From positions 5,390 through 69,389 of the forward strand of contig RDEW01000097.1 in the NCBI GenBank assembly GCA_011109175.1: a stretch of DNA of 64,000 bases. The letters are read 5' to 3'. Shown here one piece after another: positions 51,418 through 64,000 of this stretch. Below the pieces are notes generated by a model. The model had not been told where the DNA came from, made no database searches, and saw nothing but the letters and a program-made list of their open reading frames with translations. The first letter of the stretch is position 1. Each line of letters opens with the position of its first letter. The DNA comes from Dicyema japonicum. Its lineage: Eukaryota; Animalia; Dicyemida. Position numbers and translations under genes: made by a program.

Positions 51418-53371
51418 TAGGGCAACCACAAATATGACCTAAAAATGATTATGACCTTAAAAATATCACTTTTAAGACCTTTAAAAATCAAATATGACCT
51501 TAAAAATATAACTTTAAGACCTTTAAAAGTCAAATATGACCTTAAACATGACCTTATTAATTTCGAGTAGTTAATGTTTTTAACTCAATTTTAATAATAT
51601 TTATTGAAATAAAGTATCAAATAATTACTAACATTTTCATTATTAAAGTTTCTATCCTTTTCGAGCATTTTATTTAGCATAGTAAAACTTCTTTTACCAA
51701 AATAGTTGTTTTAAGACACTTACATAAGTTTCCAAAACATTCTTGACAAAACTCTTTAATTTCGCATTTTTGATATTTTTAATGGCATTTTACTTGTCCT
51801 TTTTTCAATATATTTTTGGAACGGAAGTGATCACAGGTCCCTACAAACTGTGTTTCTGAAAAAGAGTTAAAATTTTCAGATATTTTTACTATTCTTGGTA
51901 TAATAATTTGCAGCTTCTAACCAACTTTCCATCTTGTCTATTTTTCAAAGTTATACATCAGGAGGTAATCCAATCTTTCAAATAAGTTCTTTTATTTTTG
52001 AAAGTAGTCATTTTTATAGATATATTAAATATTCCACATAAGAAAAATGTGAACGAAATTTTTTCAAAGTACAGCCATGTAGCAGGGGGCGAAACAGGTC
52101 AAATGTATTAAGTATACATTCCTGTTAATGTTTTTCCGCGTAATACGGCAATACGGCAATCCCGAAGTCTTTATCAAGAAAATCCTACAATGAAAACTCG
52201 GCATCAAAAGACCATTATTTGTTTAAGTGACATACAGAAGACTTTTGACTCGATACTGAGGAAACTGCTCACCATGAAGATTTATGGCTCTAACATTCCA
52301 ACATGGAAATTTGGCTTGTAAACTTCATCAACGGACCAAGAGGAAGAGTAATTTCAAATTTCATATTTTCTGTCACTAAATTTCTGCCGAATGGGGAACC
52401 GCAAGGATCGAACCTCTCTCACGAATGGGAACCTCTCTCATCGATTCTCTTCAACTTCTTTGTAAGCGACATGCCTTCTCCCAGCAGCAACGATAGTCTA
52501 TTCCTTGCTTATGCTGACGACTTAATCCTGGCAACAAGAGACTAATGTATCCACACAGCGGGTATAAGAGACCAATGTATGGCAACGGTACAAAAATTAG
52601 AGGACAACCTGAACTGTTAGCTTATTAGTAACCAGTAACACACAAGTCCTGAAAAGTCGTGCTCCATGATTTTTACTTCCAATAGAAGATTGGCAACTCG
52701 GCACCTTCATTGACTTTATCTGGGATAACAATCCACTCAAAATTTTAACCAAAATACTAAGGGTCACATATGACTCACATTGACCTTCAGCAAATATGTG
52801 CGCAACATCGTCTCCTCTTCCACAGCGAAAACCAAACTTTGTAAAAACGTTAGTTAAATACTACAAAAGATGTTTCCACCCAACAGTAGATCATCTCTAC
52901 TACCAATACATCTTCCGTCAATTAGTTACTGCTGCGCGGCATAGGTATTAGCATATCCCACACCAACCTAAAGAAATTAAACTTCTTCCAGGAAACAGAA
53001 ACGAAAACTTTACAAAGATCTTCCTCGTCATTAAAACCAACCCCGTTCGAGGAACTCGTGAGGAGAACGGGAGCTCAGTCAAAACCCTTAAACTTTCGAA
53101 AAGTGATTCGTCCATACAGGAAGTTCGTCGGCATTCGAGAGAAACACTGAGGAAAGATGAGGCGGCTGCTCAGGAAGGCCTGGATCATCTGACTTTGTTT
53201 TGTCGGTGATTCTTAGTTTTTAAATTAAAAAAAAAGTACCAGATGTTTCAAATTCACAAATTGGCCACAAATAGTCCAGGAACAATTTTGGGCCAATTTA
53301 AGGGACTTTACTTTATTTATAAAAATCATTAATATGACCAATAAAGTAAGATATGACTTTTGGTTGCCTTA
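51418..53371 (-). mobile_element. hAT transposon with nested LINE/pogo composite
   Basis: TIRs tagggcaacca / tggttgcctta; 8-bp TSD ATTATTAG (51410-51417, 53372-53379); tatgacc subterminal repeats; TT..VKRSFTML dimerisation-like motif. Confidence 0.85.
52140..53313 (+). mobile_element. LINE RT fragment (RxCVG family) joined to a pogo-like terminus
   Basis: DIQKTFDS, NGEPQGS, LAYADDL; ends RPYRKFVGIREKH..KMRRLLRKAWII*; then gtaccagatgtttc...ggccaatttaagggactttact. Confidence 0.85.
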
Positions 53372-54199
53372 ATTATTAGGGTTTTGAATGATTGTATGGA
53401 CGATGGTTTGGTCTGCAATGTTCTGTTTGTAAGGAATGTGGAAAATCCTGGTAACTGATCGAGTTGCATTAAATAGAAATCCCTTCAGAGATACGACATG
53501 AAAATATTGGTGTATAGGTCTGTCAATTATATAAACTGAAATATTGTTATTAAAAGTAGTTAATTTATAACAATTTCATAGAACAGCCGCGTGGCTAAGT
53601 GGTTAAAATTTTATCTTCCTTCTTTTGTCGTTATTGAATCTACCTTACTAATGAAACGCCCAATTTTTGATTGGCATTCAAGTTATTTTGGTTTTACCCT
53701 TGATCTTTTGAATAATTTTATTATTATTAAAATACAATTTAATTTGAGAAACAATTAATTATGAGGGTTATACTTTGACCACCCTTAGGATTACATAATG
53801 GGAGAATAACAGTTATCTTCAATTTAGTGTCAATGTCTAGATTTTTCTTAAATTATGGGCTAATGGCCATAATGAAAAAGATTGCTTATTATATCTGAAG
53901 ATGATTAAAGATATGATCTGACATCTATTACAGGGACAGGCTCTTAATATTTTATGAAAATTTCGCAAACGTTCAGTTATGTTATGTTTAATATTTTCCA
54001 TAACAGAGAAATAGGTGTTTTTTCTAGCGTCGAAGTAAACTCCTGAAGTATATGTTCAGTATTATATACAATTTCAGTATCGACGATAGCAAAGAAAGCG
54101 ATCATGGCACAAATAATATTTAATGTGAGGTAAAACCAACATATGTATATGAGATTCAACGAAGAGATCAATAATCTCATGAATGTTTAAGTCTTTATT

Positions 54200-55050
54200 T
54201 TTTTCCATTTTATTTTGGATAAGTACAAAATAATATATGAATTATACTGATGAAGATTAACTAAGATTATGGGAGTGTCTTCTATGTTGCCATCGAAGAA
54301 TCATTCAAATTGACTCTGACATTACTGTCATCTTTTTTCGTGGACATGTGATCATTATAACGTCTGGTATTCCTGGTGAGACTTTTAGGCAGATCTTTCA
54401 TAACTAAAAATTTACTAATTAATGTTTCTTGAACGTTTTGAGTCGCTTTTTCGAGTCTTCAATGTCTCAATCAAACTATGAGTAAGAAAAAAATTGTTTG
54501 TGACATCTGCTGTGAGAAGATTGTTAACAAATAGGTTTCACAATGTGGGAGATAGCAGGGAGCATTGTGGACTATGACAGGTATCGATGATAAATATATC
54601 ACCCATGATGGCGGATAGACGTCAATAAGATTTTTGTTGTTAAGATTTGCGGGGACCTGAGTAGATTCTTGTGGGTTAGCAGTATTTAGGCTGTCAGAAA
54701 TGAATTGAAGAGCTTGGTCAATTGAGTTGTGGTCGAGTACTTAAACCGTTTCCTTGCCTTGAACGTAAGGTCTACTATTGTACTGATAAAAACTTAACAT
54801 ATTACTGTAACTTTAACATTGGGAAGGCCACAGTTGAATATAATGGAGATGACTTTTTTAAAGTTGATCTTGTTTTTTTAGTCAAGAAGATCAGGTTTTG
54901 ACGTTTAGTGTGTAGTATTTGAATGACCGGTTTATTATAGGAGTCAGAGATAGGAATGACATTCAGAGCTTGGGTGGATGATGATTTATAACTATGTCAG
55001 TTAATGGTTTTTGTATGAAGGATTAAATTGTTTAGGTTATATAAATGTCA
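54200..55050 (-). mobile_element. Highly degenerate LINE RT
   Basis: STTTQLTKLF..ISDSLN and PQCSLLSPTL.NLFVNNL motifs. Confidence 0.55.
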
Positions 55051-55249
55051 TCAATTATCATTTTCTCATTTATCGTGAGTTTGTATTGTGAACCAAAAAA
55101 CATGAGTTGCATTTACAATCCAGTATATTCAAAGTCAGAAAATGATGGCTACCCGAAAATGTTTATCTAATACTTGAGTTATACGGTCGTCATTTTATCC
55201 GGCAAGTGTTTTTGCAAAGATAAATATATTTATTTAAATTTTTTTAAAT

Positions 55250-55535
55250 ATAAGTTTTTTTAACAATTAAACAAATGTCAGTTGAGGAAGCCTGCTGCGT
55301 GGATTGCGAACGAGTACTTTCGGAGTATGGCTATTCCAATCTTTTGTCTTAGCTATAACCCTTCTCGTTGATCCCTTTTCTTTCTGGCAAGCAATCCTCC
55401 GAGCTCTCGCAAGAACTCAGCCGTCATTGGACCAACGGCTCCCGATGATTCGGTCGCAACAAGAGTATATCTGTAGCGATCCATGAGGCAAGAATATTTC
55501 TTGATTTTTAGGTTCTCCGCAGTCGAAGCAGCATT
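55250..55535 (-). mobile_element. CRE-clade 3' fragment, subfamily A
   Basis: Near-identical to 7560-7830. Confidence 0.9.
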
Positions 55536-56469
55536 TTTTACAGATACTTTTTATTATGTTGTCGTTCAATCAGTTCGTTACATGATAGAGTTTTACGGTT
55601 TCTAACGGATCTTACCTTATGAGAAGAGTATACATCACTCCTCACCAATTTTTATTCCCCAAAGCACCCCCCACAGAGAAGTTGCGTTGTATCTCAGAAG
55701 GTGCACGGGAGAAAATGAGAAATCTGATAGAGACCTTCGAGGTCACTTAATTAATTTAGTAATTTAATTAACTATTGGTGTTCTTGGGTTAATAATAATA
55801 ATAAAATAAAGCCGTGTGGTGCCATGTGTCTACTCGATTGATGATTTATGTTTGTTTTGTCTGTTCCTCCTCTCTTCATTCCTACTGGAGTAGCGTAATG
55901 TAATCCACCTGTATCTGGTGGCGCCCAGTGTTAGGGTGTCACGAAAAAAATCATTTGATATCCAACACTAAACTGGAGGAGTTTCCAAAACTGCATGGAT
56001 GCCTTCTATTTTTTATGCTGATTCTGCATGGACTTGTTTGACTTTGAAGGACTCTTTTTCTGTGATAGAGGAAACTGGATACACTTAATTAACTGTTTAC
56101 TTCTTTCTTAGTCGATTGCAAGAACCATTCACACAACGTGTACATAGGTTAAGTTCTGATAGTACATAGAGACAACGTGTATTTATGCAAATGATGGCAA
56201 TTCCAAGACGTTAGAGGAACTAGAATTTTATAGTCTTGACGGGAATGCGTTTCCAAACTCTCTAAGGACATAACTGCTGATAGGCACGTATATCCGAAGT
56301 ATCGAAGCAATTAAGATGAGGCAGAAGCGGTCCACAAACGTGTTATAATTAATTAGTATTGTATTTCAATTTCGTCATTTTTTGATTTAATCAATTCTTG
56401 TAATTTTTCTCTGAATCAACCCCGGATAATAATCATGGATTTATTCACCAACCAGCAATATTTCAATTA

Positions 56470-56690
56470 ATTTTTTTAAAGGATAATTTTTTTAACAATT
56501 AAACAAATGTCAGTTGAGAAAGCCTGCTGCGTGGATTGCGAACGAGTTCTCTCGGAGTATGGCTATTCCAATCTTTTGTCTTAGCCATAACCTTTCAATT
56601 AATTAAATTTTTTATTTTTTTAAATAAACCAATTTTATTAAACGCAAAAACGAACAGTTAACAACTGCTGGCGGCTCTATATCATTCAAA
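56470..56690 (-). mobile_element. Very short CRE 3' ends (subfamily A next to subfamily D tail)
   Basis: Match to 7560-7660 and to 25350-25410. Confidence 0.8.
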
Positions 56691-57651
56691 TTTGTAGGTG
56701 AAGTATATATCTGTCGTTATATTCTTTATCATAAAAATCAATGAACTAAAATTGTTTTTCTAAGAGAAATAATTAATGATTGTTCGAGATCTTCTTACAT
56801 TTCGTTAATTCTTATTTCCATTGTGTCTCTAGAATTGAAGTTAGAATTTACCTTGGTATCCAATCGACTTTCTTTTTTCACGCAACATCTTTTTTCTTGA
56901 TTTACCCACGATTTCAATAATTTCTGCAACTGATAGTTAGTTAAGTAACCCTGGCATCACTAACTTGTAGTAGACCAGTGGCTATTAAGTAGGACAAAGC
57001 AAAAAGTCGTCTCAGATCGTCAGTCTTGGTTTTGTAGAAGAACAGTGTACTAATTTAGGAAATTCAAATCAGTTGTTTTTTTTTTAACTTGGAGCAGTTG
57101 CAAAAAGAACAGAGGACATTTTTTACATCATCCAGTTTACGTACGTCTGTAGAGAAGTATGGTGAGAACATCGTAAACGAGTTAGGTGTACTCAGAACAG
57201 ATGATTCTGACAAGGAGGGGATTGAATAGTATTTTATTATCAGGGAGTCCTCAGATGGTTCTCGTAGAAAAAATGTGAATCTGGAAAAGATGGATGATAT
57301 CATTCAGGTCACTTGTTAATAATTTTACTTTTGTTTAGGGTTTGCATAGATAGTGGACCGTCTGGTCTGTTAGCTTGGAAGAGTAATAGCTATAATTACA
57401 AATATATTACAAAAAACTCTACACAAGGAATTACGCTAGCTTGCTGGTCGTTGTGGTGCCTACTGACCATATACTGTGTGCCTAGACATGATTGCTTAAC
57501 TTAGGTTAAGTGATCAGGTTGGTTTAACGAGGACTGTAATTTCTCAGGCAAAAGCTACCTAAAGGGTTGTATAGGAAATACAGTAAAAGGAACTTCAACT
57601 TTGAATTTTTGGCAAATGGTTCAAAAAGTTAGCACAAAAAAATCTAAAAAG

Positions 57652-58800
57652 ATGGCAGTGAAAGTTAGTAGCACAACACGTGCCTTTAAAAGAGCGAAGT
57701 AAGACGCCTATGAGGACGTCTCCAAGGTGGTCCGCGACACAGTGGATCATGTAGTACAAGGTTTATTTGTCCCAAGACCATCCATCGCCAACAGTTTCTC
57801 GAGAATTAGGGGCCTGAAAAAGCTCATCCGCGACTCGGTCCTCTTGACTTTCGGGTCAAAATGGGAATCGACGGCAGGGCTGCTTTCCACACAGCAGCGG
57901 ATATCCCCGCACAGCCAGCGGTACAACAGGCTGTGTTTACCTCCAGGAAAATGCCATTAGAGACTGGAAGTCAGCCTCAACAACCGAAGGGTGGATTCGA
58001 GGGCAGGGCTGATTTGGTCACGCAGCCAGCGGTACAACAGGCTGTGCCTGCCCTCCCGGAGGATATTACAGGGAGCGGGGTCCAATCCCACCTAATGGAG
58101 GAAGTCATCCCAACTGTAGGCTGGCTGGACTACAGTTGGGAAGAAAAGGAAATCGGTTTCAACAAAACCGCAGAACTTGCCAGATTCTAGTCCGGAAACC
58201 AAAAAGTGTCTTTAAAAGCAATTTGCAGGACAGAATCCTTCTAGAAGGCACGTGCCAAATGGGGACAGCAAAACTCAGGTTGGAGTAGGACTAACTACAC
58301 TAGTCCGGTTAGAGGTGCCGAAGGTGGGAGTCGTTAAGCTCCTGTCCGGCATAGGTACTCTGGCGACCTATACCAAAAAGCGAGTTATTAAACGCGGAGA
58401 ATCCCACTTGCTGCTGGGATTCAGGAATGAGGACGACGCTTCAGCTTTCGAAGTTGAGGTCAATACTAAGGTACCTTTTGGGCCCGGAACACATAACATG
58501 TCACGGGTCATTCCTAAGGCTTCGGACTCAATAGTACTAGTCGTCGGAGTCCCTCTTGACTTCCTAGATGATGATGTACTCGAACATATCAAGAATGACT
58601 ACCCCTCTGCTAGCTTCACAAGTGGGGAGAAGAGACGGCAAAATAGTGATCCGGATTTTGAAGGTCTGGTTTCGCTCTGGAGCAGAGGCAGAGAGGATCT
58701 GTTTTTAAAAAGTACGCATTGGTTACTTTAGGGTCGGTGTGGCCCTAGAGCGACCTACAGCAATCTAGTAATACTGCCAGAGATTTGGCCACACCACTGT
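57652..58800 (+). mobile_element. LINE ORF1 (gag-like) degenerate copy
   Basis: Interrupted ORF with duplicated QPAVQQAV, IVLVVGVPLD, ending CQRFGHTT knuckle; related to 62030-62680. Confidence 0.7.
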
Positions 58801-61657
58801 ATACTGGATTATTTATTTACCAGGTAGTTACTTACAGGGACTGAGATTTTGATGATTTCTATATTCTCTACTTGAGCACCAAAACATGTGATTGTAAACT
58901 TTCATTAATTTGAATAAAACGTTATATTGTTTTATAATGAGAGATCTGATTAGGCCTAACAATTGTTGTTAGATATAAACAGGGGGATTTTACTTACTAA
59001 ATGAATCTCACTTTAATAAAACACTTCCTGAGCTCAAAACTGTTCATGTGCTTCCACCACTGATATCTAAAACTTCCATACTAATATATTTTTTCTGGTA
59101 ATACACATCCGCTACGGTAGGATGTGCGACGAAATGGAAGAGGGCGGGCCTACTTCTCCACCTCTCTTCGGAAGCGGAAAGCCTGTAATGAAGTATTGGA
59201 AGATGGATTTGGTCGGCACAAGCAGATGTTGTCCCTTTGTTTCCTTCCTTGGATTATATTATGACTGTTTGTGCTGGGCTTACAATGGTAAACCTGGGGT
59301 TAATAATAGTAATAATAATGTACATCGACGAACAATTATATTAATATTTAATCTGAGAAGTATGAGCCAAGTACTACTATTATTAGTAAACAACAAATGA
59401 TATAAACCTATACAAGATTACCATAATGACCCTAAATTAGGATATCATTGCTGTCCTTATTTCTACCTTTTTCATCGAGCTTTTGTTATAAAACACTTTC
59501 AAAAATTGCCGTCATACAAAATTTAATTTTACAAACTTTAAATTATCACGTGGGTTTCATGGAAAACGTGATTTTATAAAGTCATATGAGTGGTGAAAAA
59601 AATCTTCATTATTTTGGTCATTAATTTCTGTGGTCTAACTATGTTTCTGTGATTCAATAAAAACTCAGGATCTCCTAGAAATAGACGTAAAATGTATAAA
59701 TTATAAACGAATTGGATATAAAGTATAAAAAATGCAGGAAAATATCAACAAATATATAAAACAGTTTTATATTAAATTCGATAGTAAAAAATATGAAAAG
59801 GCTGCTTTAATAGCAGTCACTATACTCAGAAATGTCGATATTTTCAATAAATTTAAAAATGGTAGTTATTTTCCTTTCTGATAGAACCATCGGACACTAA
59901 CCACATGGAAATGCTATATTGTGAAGCTCTAGGGAATGGAAGCTACGAACAGATAAAAAGGAGTAGAGAACTATCAGAGTGTCTTGTTGAGAACTTACTT
60001 GAAAATAATGACTATAAATTACTGAAACAAGTAATTTAAAAAAAAGATATGCAAACTGTGACACACAAAAAGAATATAACCCCAGGATCTGTAAAATATT
60101 GGGAAAAGGCAACAACGGTGTAAATCTTGTCCAAACGTATATTGTGGATTTTTCAGATAAAGACATTTATCCATTTTCTCATTTTGAACGATATTTAGGT
60201 TCTTGTCGAATTCTTACAACTTGTGACAGAAAAATTCGAATGCAGACATTAGTGCATTTGATGCTTTTTAATCCGACTTTTGATGGCTCCTACCTTGCAT
60301 TGAGGACCTGTTCGCATTCCAGTCGATATCCGTCTGCCGTTCTTGGCCCGAGCTGGTCTGAGTAAATTAGGTTAATTAAGCCCCTTTCAGGATTGCGGAA
60401 GGCGAAGCTCAGTACGACAAGGTGGTTCTTCTAAAACATTTGGCTTTGATCATGCGAGTAACTCCCATTACGTGCTCAATTCCTGCAAGCCATAATGGAG
60501 ACCATGTCATAATAACTGTATTTATTGGTTTTGCCTCTGTTTAATGAATAAATATCCCTTTTAAACAGTTTTATTTTGAAAAATTCATAAATGCACGATA
60601 TTTTCGGTCATTGCACCGTCAGTATTTAGATTGATTTAAATTCGTTTAAATTTGAAAATTCTGTCGATTTTTAATGATAGACAGAAGGATTCACAACATG
60701 ATTAAGATCAGTGGTTAATTGTATGAGTAATGTTGCTTCTATGAATGAGTCATAATTCCTGTGGTGCGTAGCTCTAACGAAAGAAACTTCAAGATAGGCA
60801 TGATCTCTGTTCAATTTTTTATCGTGTCCATCGACAGTGATTACTTATTCTTTTATATTTAAATAAATAATTAATTGATGTTAAACTACCTAAATAACAT
60901 GGGGGATGTAGAGAAGTGACGTAGACTGATATTGTGTGACATTGTATTATCAGGTTGGAGTAATTGTGGGAGTATGGTATCAGTGTTGTTTGAGAAGTGG
61001 TTTATATATTTGCATTATTGCTGTGATATCGATAAGAATTAAGGGGAGTTGTTGGCAATTAAGATGAGGTTAGAGGAGTATTTGAAGAATTTGTGTAAAG
61101 TGAGGGATTTCTGACTGTTTTTATCACAATGAAATAATTCATGCTGTCAACTTTTTCAAATGAATAACAGCCAGACATTGGGCGTTTCTTGAGTAAGTGA
61201 ATCCGATGACGAGACTAGAAGGAAGAGAAATCTTCATTCAAGTAGCCACATGGCACCAAGCGTCTTCTAACGATGGCTACGGAGATCAAATGGAGAAGTC
61301 ATTTAGTCTCACGTACTGCTGAGTGTAGTCATTCGTCCTAGCGTTTTGAGAAAATGAAACGATTCCCATTTATTTCTCCAATTGTCTAAACTACGACATC
61401 CAAAACAGAACGTGAACTGGTCCGGTATAGAATCCTTTTGAATTTCTTTCCCTTAGGTTTGTCAGTTTTTGCCGCGAATACAACGTATTTACTGCGAACT
61501 TAACGATGTAAGAAAAAAAAAGTCTATGCACGTAAAATCTCATACCAATGACTTCCCTTTGTCTGTCAGGCCGACCGGTTCAGCATGCTTCAAGAGCTCA
61601 TTTATCCCCTTGTCGTGGTAATCTTTTTTAATTTTTTAGACATCAAAGAGAATAATA

Positions 61658-62878
61658 TATCACATGGGCAACTAGAAGCCTATGGGCAACCTGTTTTTTA
61701 CGTGTTTCCATGGTAACCAGAGATAATAATAATATGACTTTTTTTAATTATTATAAAACAACATTTAACTAATTCATTAATTCTAAATAAATAATTAATA
61801 CAAACTGTAGTTATTAAATGGCTTACCTGTTTTCTTTTAATATTAACAGCATGTTTTTAGTGATTTTTTACTTCAATTTAGATTTTATCTTGAATATGAA
61901 AAATTAAACATATCTTATGTGGAATCGATCCTGAAGATATAAGTACTCAAATGAGACGGAGAGTACGAGAAAGGCCTCATTCGATAGAAACGATGAGCTT
62001 AATTCTGATTTATTTTAGACTTTTCTTGATAGGAAAGACAAAAAGTTGAAATCTGGTTGGAGTGGGACAAACTACACTAGATGGTTAAAGGTGCCGAAGG
62101 TGGGAGTCGTTAAGCTCCTGTGCGGCATAGGTACTCTGGCTACCTATGCCAAGGGAAGATTTATCAAACACGGAGAATGCAGTTGTCTAGGATTCAGGAA
62201 TGAGGACGACGCTTTAGCTTTCGAAGATGAGGTCAATATTAAGGTATTTTTTGGGCGTGGGGCACATAACATGGGTCATTCATAAGGCTTCGGATTCAAT
62301 AGTGCTAGTTTTCTGAGCCCCCCTTGACTAGGTAGATGATAATGTAGTCGAACACATCAAGAACGATTCCATAAGCGGGGAAAAAATGAAGGTTGGCTTC
62401 GCTGAGGAGCAGATGCAGAGAGGATCTGAATTACGGGGGTCCAAATTCGAGGAAGGCCTGCCAATCAAAAGTCAGGTCTCTCAAGTGCGTGAACTGTGGC
62501 GAGGAAGGACACAGTGCGAGCCATTCAAGATGCACCCTGTATCAAAATGCTACGGAGAAGCTACTACAGGGAAGAAGGCAAGCGCCTTCCTCTGGAATTA
62601 CTAGTGATGTAAGCGCTATCTATCGTATGGTAAAAGATATCCAAACGCGCTTAGGGATATTGTGTTGTGCTACAGAATAGAAAATGCGCCGAAAGTATTT
62701 TTTCAAATTTATGTATAGGTTGACTTTTCTGATGGAAGATCGGTCTTAATGTAAAGACTTAAAAAATAATTGTTTTATATTAAATAAACTCGTGGCTAAA
62801 TCTAGCAATTGATATCTTGTTACCATGAAAACACGTAAAAAACAGGTTGCTCAGAGGCATCAAGCCACCCATGTGACA
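61658..62878. mobile_element. Non-autonomous Ginger-like element carrying a LINE ORF1 fragment (62030-62680)
   Basis: ~65-bp TIRs tatcacatgggc...gcaacctgttttttacgtgtttccatggtaac / gttaccatgaaaacacgtaaaaaacaggttgc...cccatgtgaca, related to 18330 termini; internal CVNCGEEGHSASHSRC. Confidence 0.8.
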
Positions 62879-62989
62879 TATAATTAATTGATATGCCAAT
62901 CTGAAAAGGATAAAAACGTCTAGAATTAGGTGCATTATCTCCAATTGAATAATTGTTCATTAATATTTGTTAAACAATCAGTTTGATGA

Positions 62990-63250
62990 CTATATGGCAT
63001 CCGCCATGACTGCGTAAATATTCTCTTTCAGGACTGCAAGTGTGATTCGCTCAAATAGCCAGTAACGCTCATGGAGATCTCCTGTGAATGTCGAAATCCA
63101 ATTCCTAGTTAATCCAGTAATTAGAGTGTTGAAGACGAAATAGAACCGTACGTTTTATTGCGAAGGGAAAGAATATATAACATCGTCTGATAAGCCAGCG
63201 TATTTTGTTCATTTTAATATCTGAGGTATTTGATCCACTTTGATTTAAGT
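62990..63250 (-). mobile_element. Diverged CRE-clade 3' end
   Basis: KYAGLSDD...TGDLHERYWLFERITLAVLKENI. Confidence 0.65.
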
Positions 63251-64000
63251 TATTTGTTTACGAGAAAAATGTTCATCCGCTTATTCTTTATTTCATTGTT
63301 TCAACTTTTCTTGGTGAGTAATGACCATTTCAACGATAGTTATGCCCGATAACTAAAACACATATGAGATGCGTTAAAAAAACCTTGAATATATATAAAA
63401 GTTCCCCTTATTATACTTAAGGTTTGAGGGTGAGATGTAGTGTACCCTCAATTACGAAAAACTGCATAGTAGTTTATAGTTGGAACCTTTTCTCATAGAA
63501 TGAAGAAAATCAGATGAGTTCTGAAATTATTCATTACTTATGTCATATGAGACTAGGAGTTATTATTTTCACTAACTCAGATTTAAAAAAATACTTGAAC
63601 GAGTTTACTCAAATTAATATACGAATATCTTCCTTTGTTGGCATACAAGTTTATTTTCGTCCTTAAACTCAACATCTACACATCTCTATTCTCTTACTCA
63701 CTAATTCGATGATGGTTTGAATAACTTTTAACGTTTCTAACATACTAAATTGTATCAATTCACCTGACCAAAGCATTTGACTGAACGTCAAGAAGGGTTT
63801 TTAGTAACAAATTTTATTTTGTGTGAGGATCTTTTTTACTCTGATTGTTTCTTAATGTAAAGTTGAATTGTCCATTTTTGAGGTTCGTGGTCTATGAATC
63901 CATCGACTATAATTAGAAATTGAGGAATATTAAAAGTCCAACGACTAATGAGTTTTAGCACCATACAAGCGAAGTTTTTTATGATATATAAGTGGATAAT

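Noticed and set aside
59105-59320. Repeat shared with 39560-39645 (minus), and 13650-13800 shared loosely with 55820-55990
   Set aside because: Probably further LINE 3' fragments, but too short or diverged to classify

Overview
AT-rich eukaryotic DNA that is almost entirely nested, decayed transposable elements. I found no intact host protein-coding gene. The two recognisable host genes are disabled copies that still carry their introns: PLK1 (48942-50810) and UTP10/HEATR1 (from ~35330). Both have very small (21-29 nt) GT-AG introns. The PLK1 polo-box is animal-type, so the source is probably a reduced metazoan parasite (Myxozoa most likely, dicyemid possible; inference only). Mobile elements: hAT elements with 8-bp TSDs, pogo/Tigger, Ginger-like (TGT...ACA) integrase transposons, RTE and other LINE fragments, a tRNA-derived SINE family, and about 13 fragments of CRE-clade RLE retrotransposons. 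The most interesting points are a young CRE-like element with an N-terminal PHD finger, a CCA-ending tRNA-Lys fused to a SINE head, and a LINE group with a conserved unnamed C-terminal/3'UTR motif. Several composite or duplicated units also occur. Boundaries without TIR/TSD support are approximate. All homology calls come from manual translation and motif recall, not database searches.
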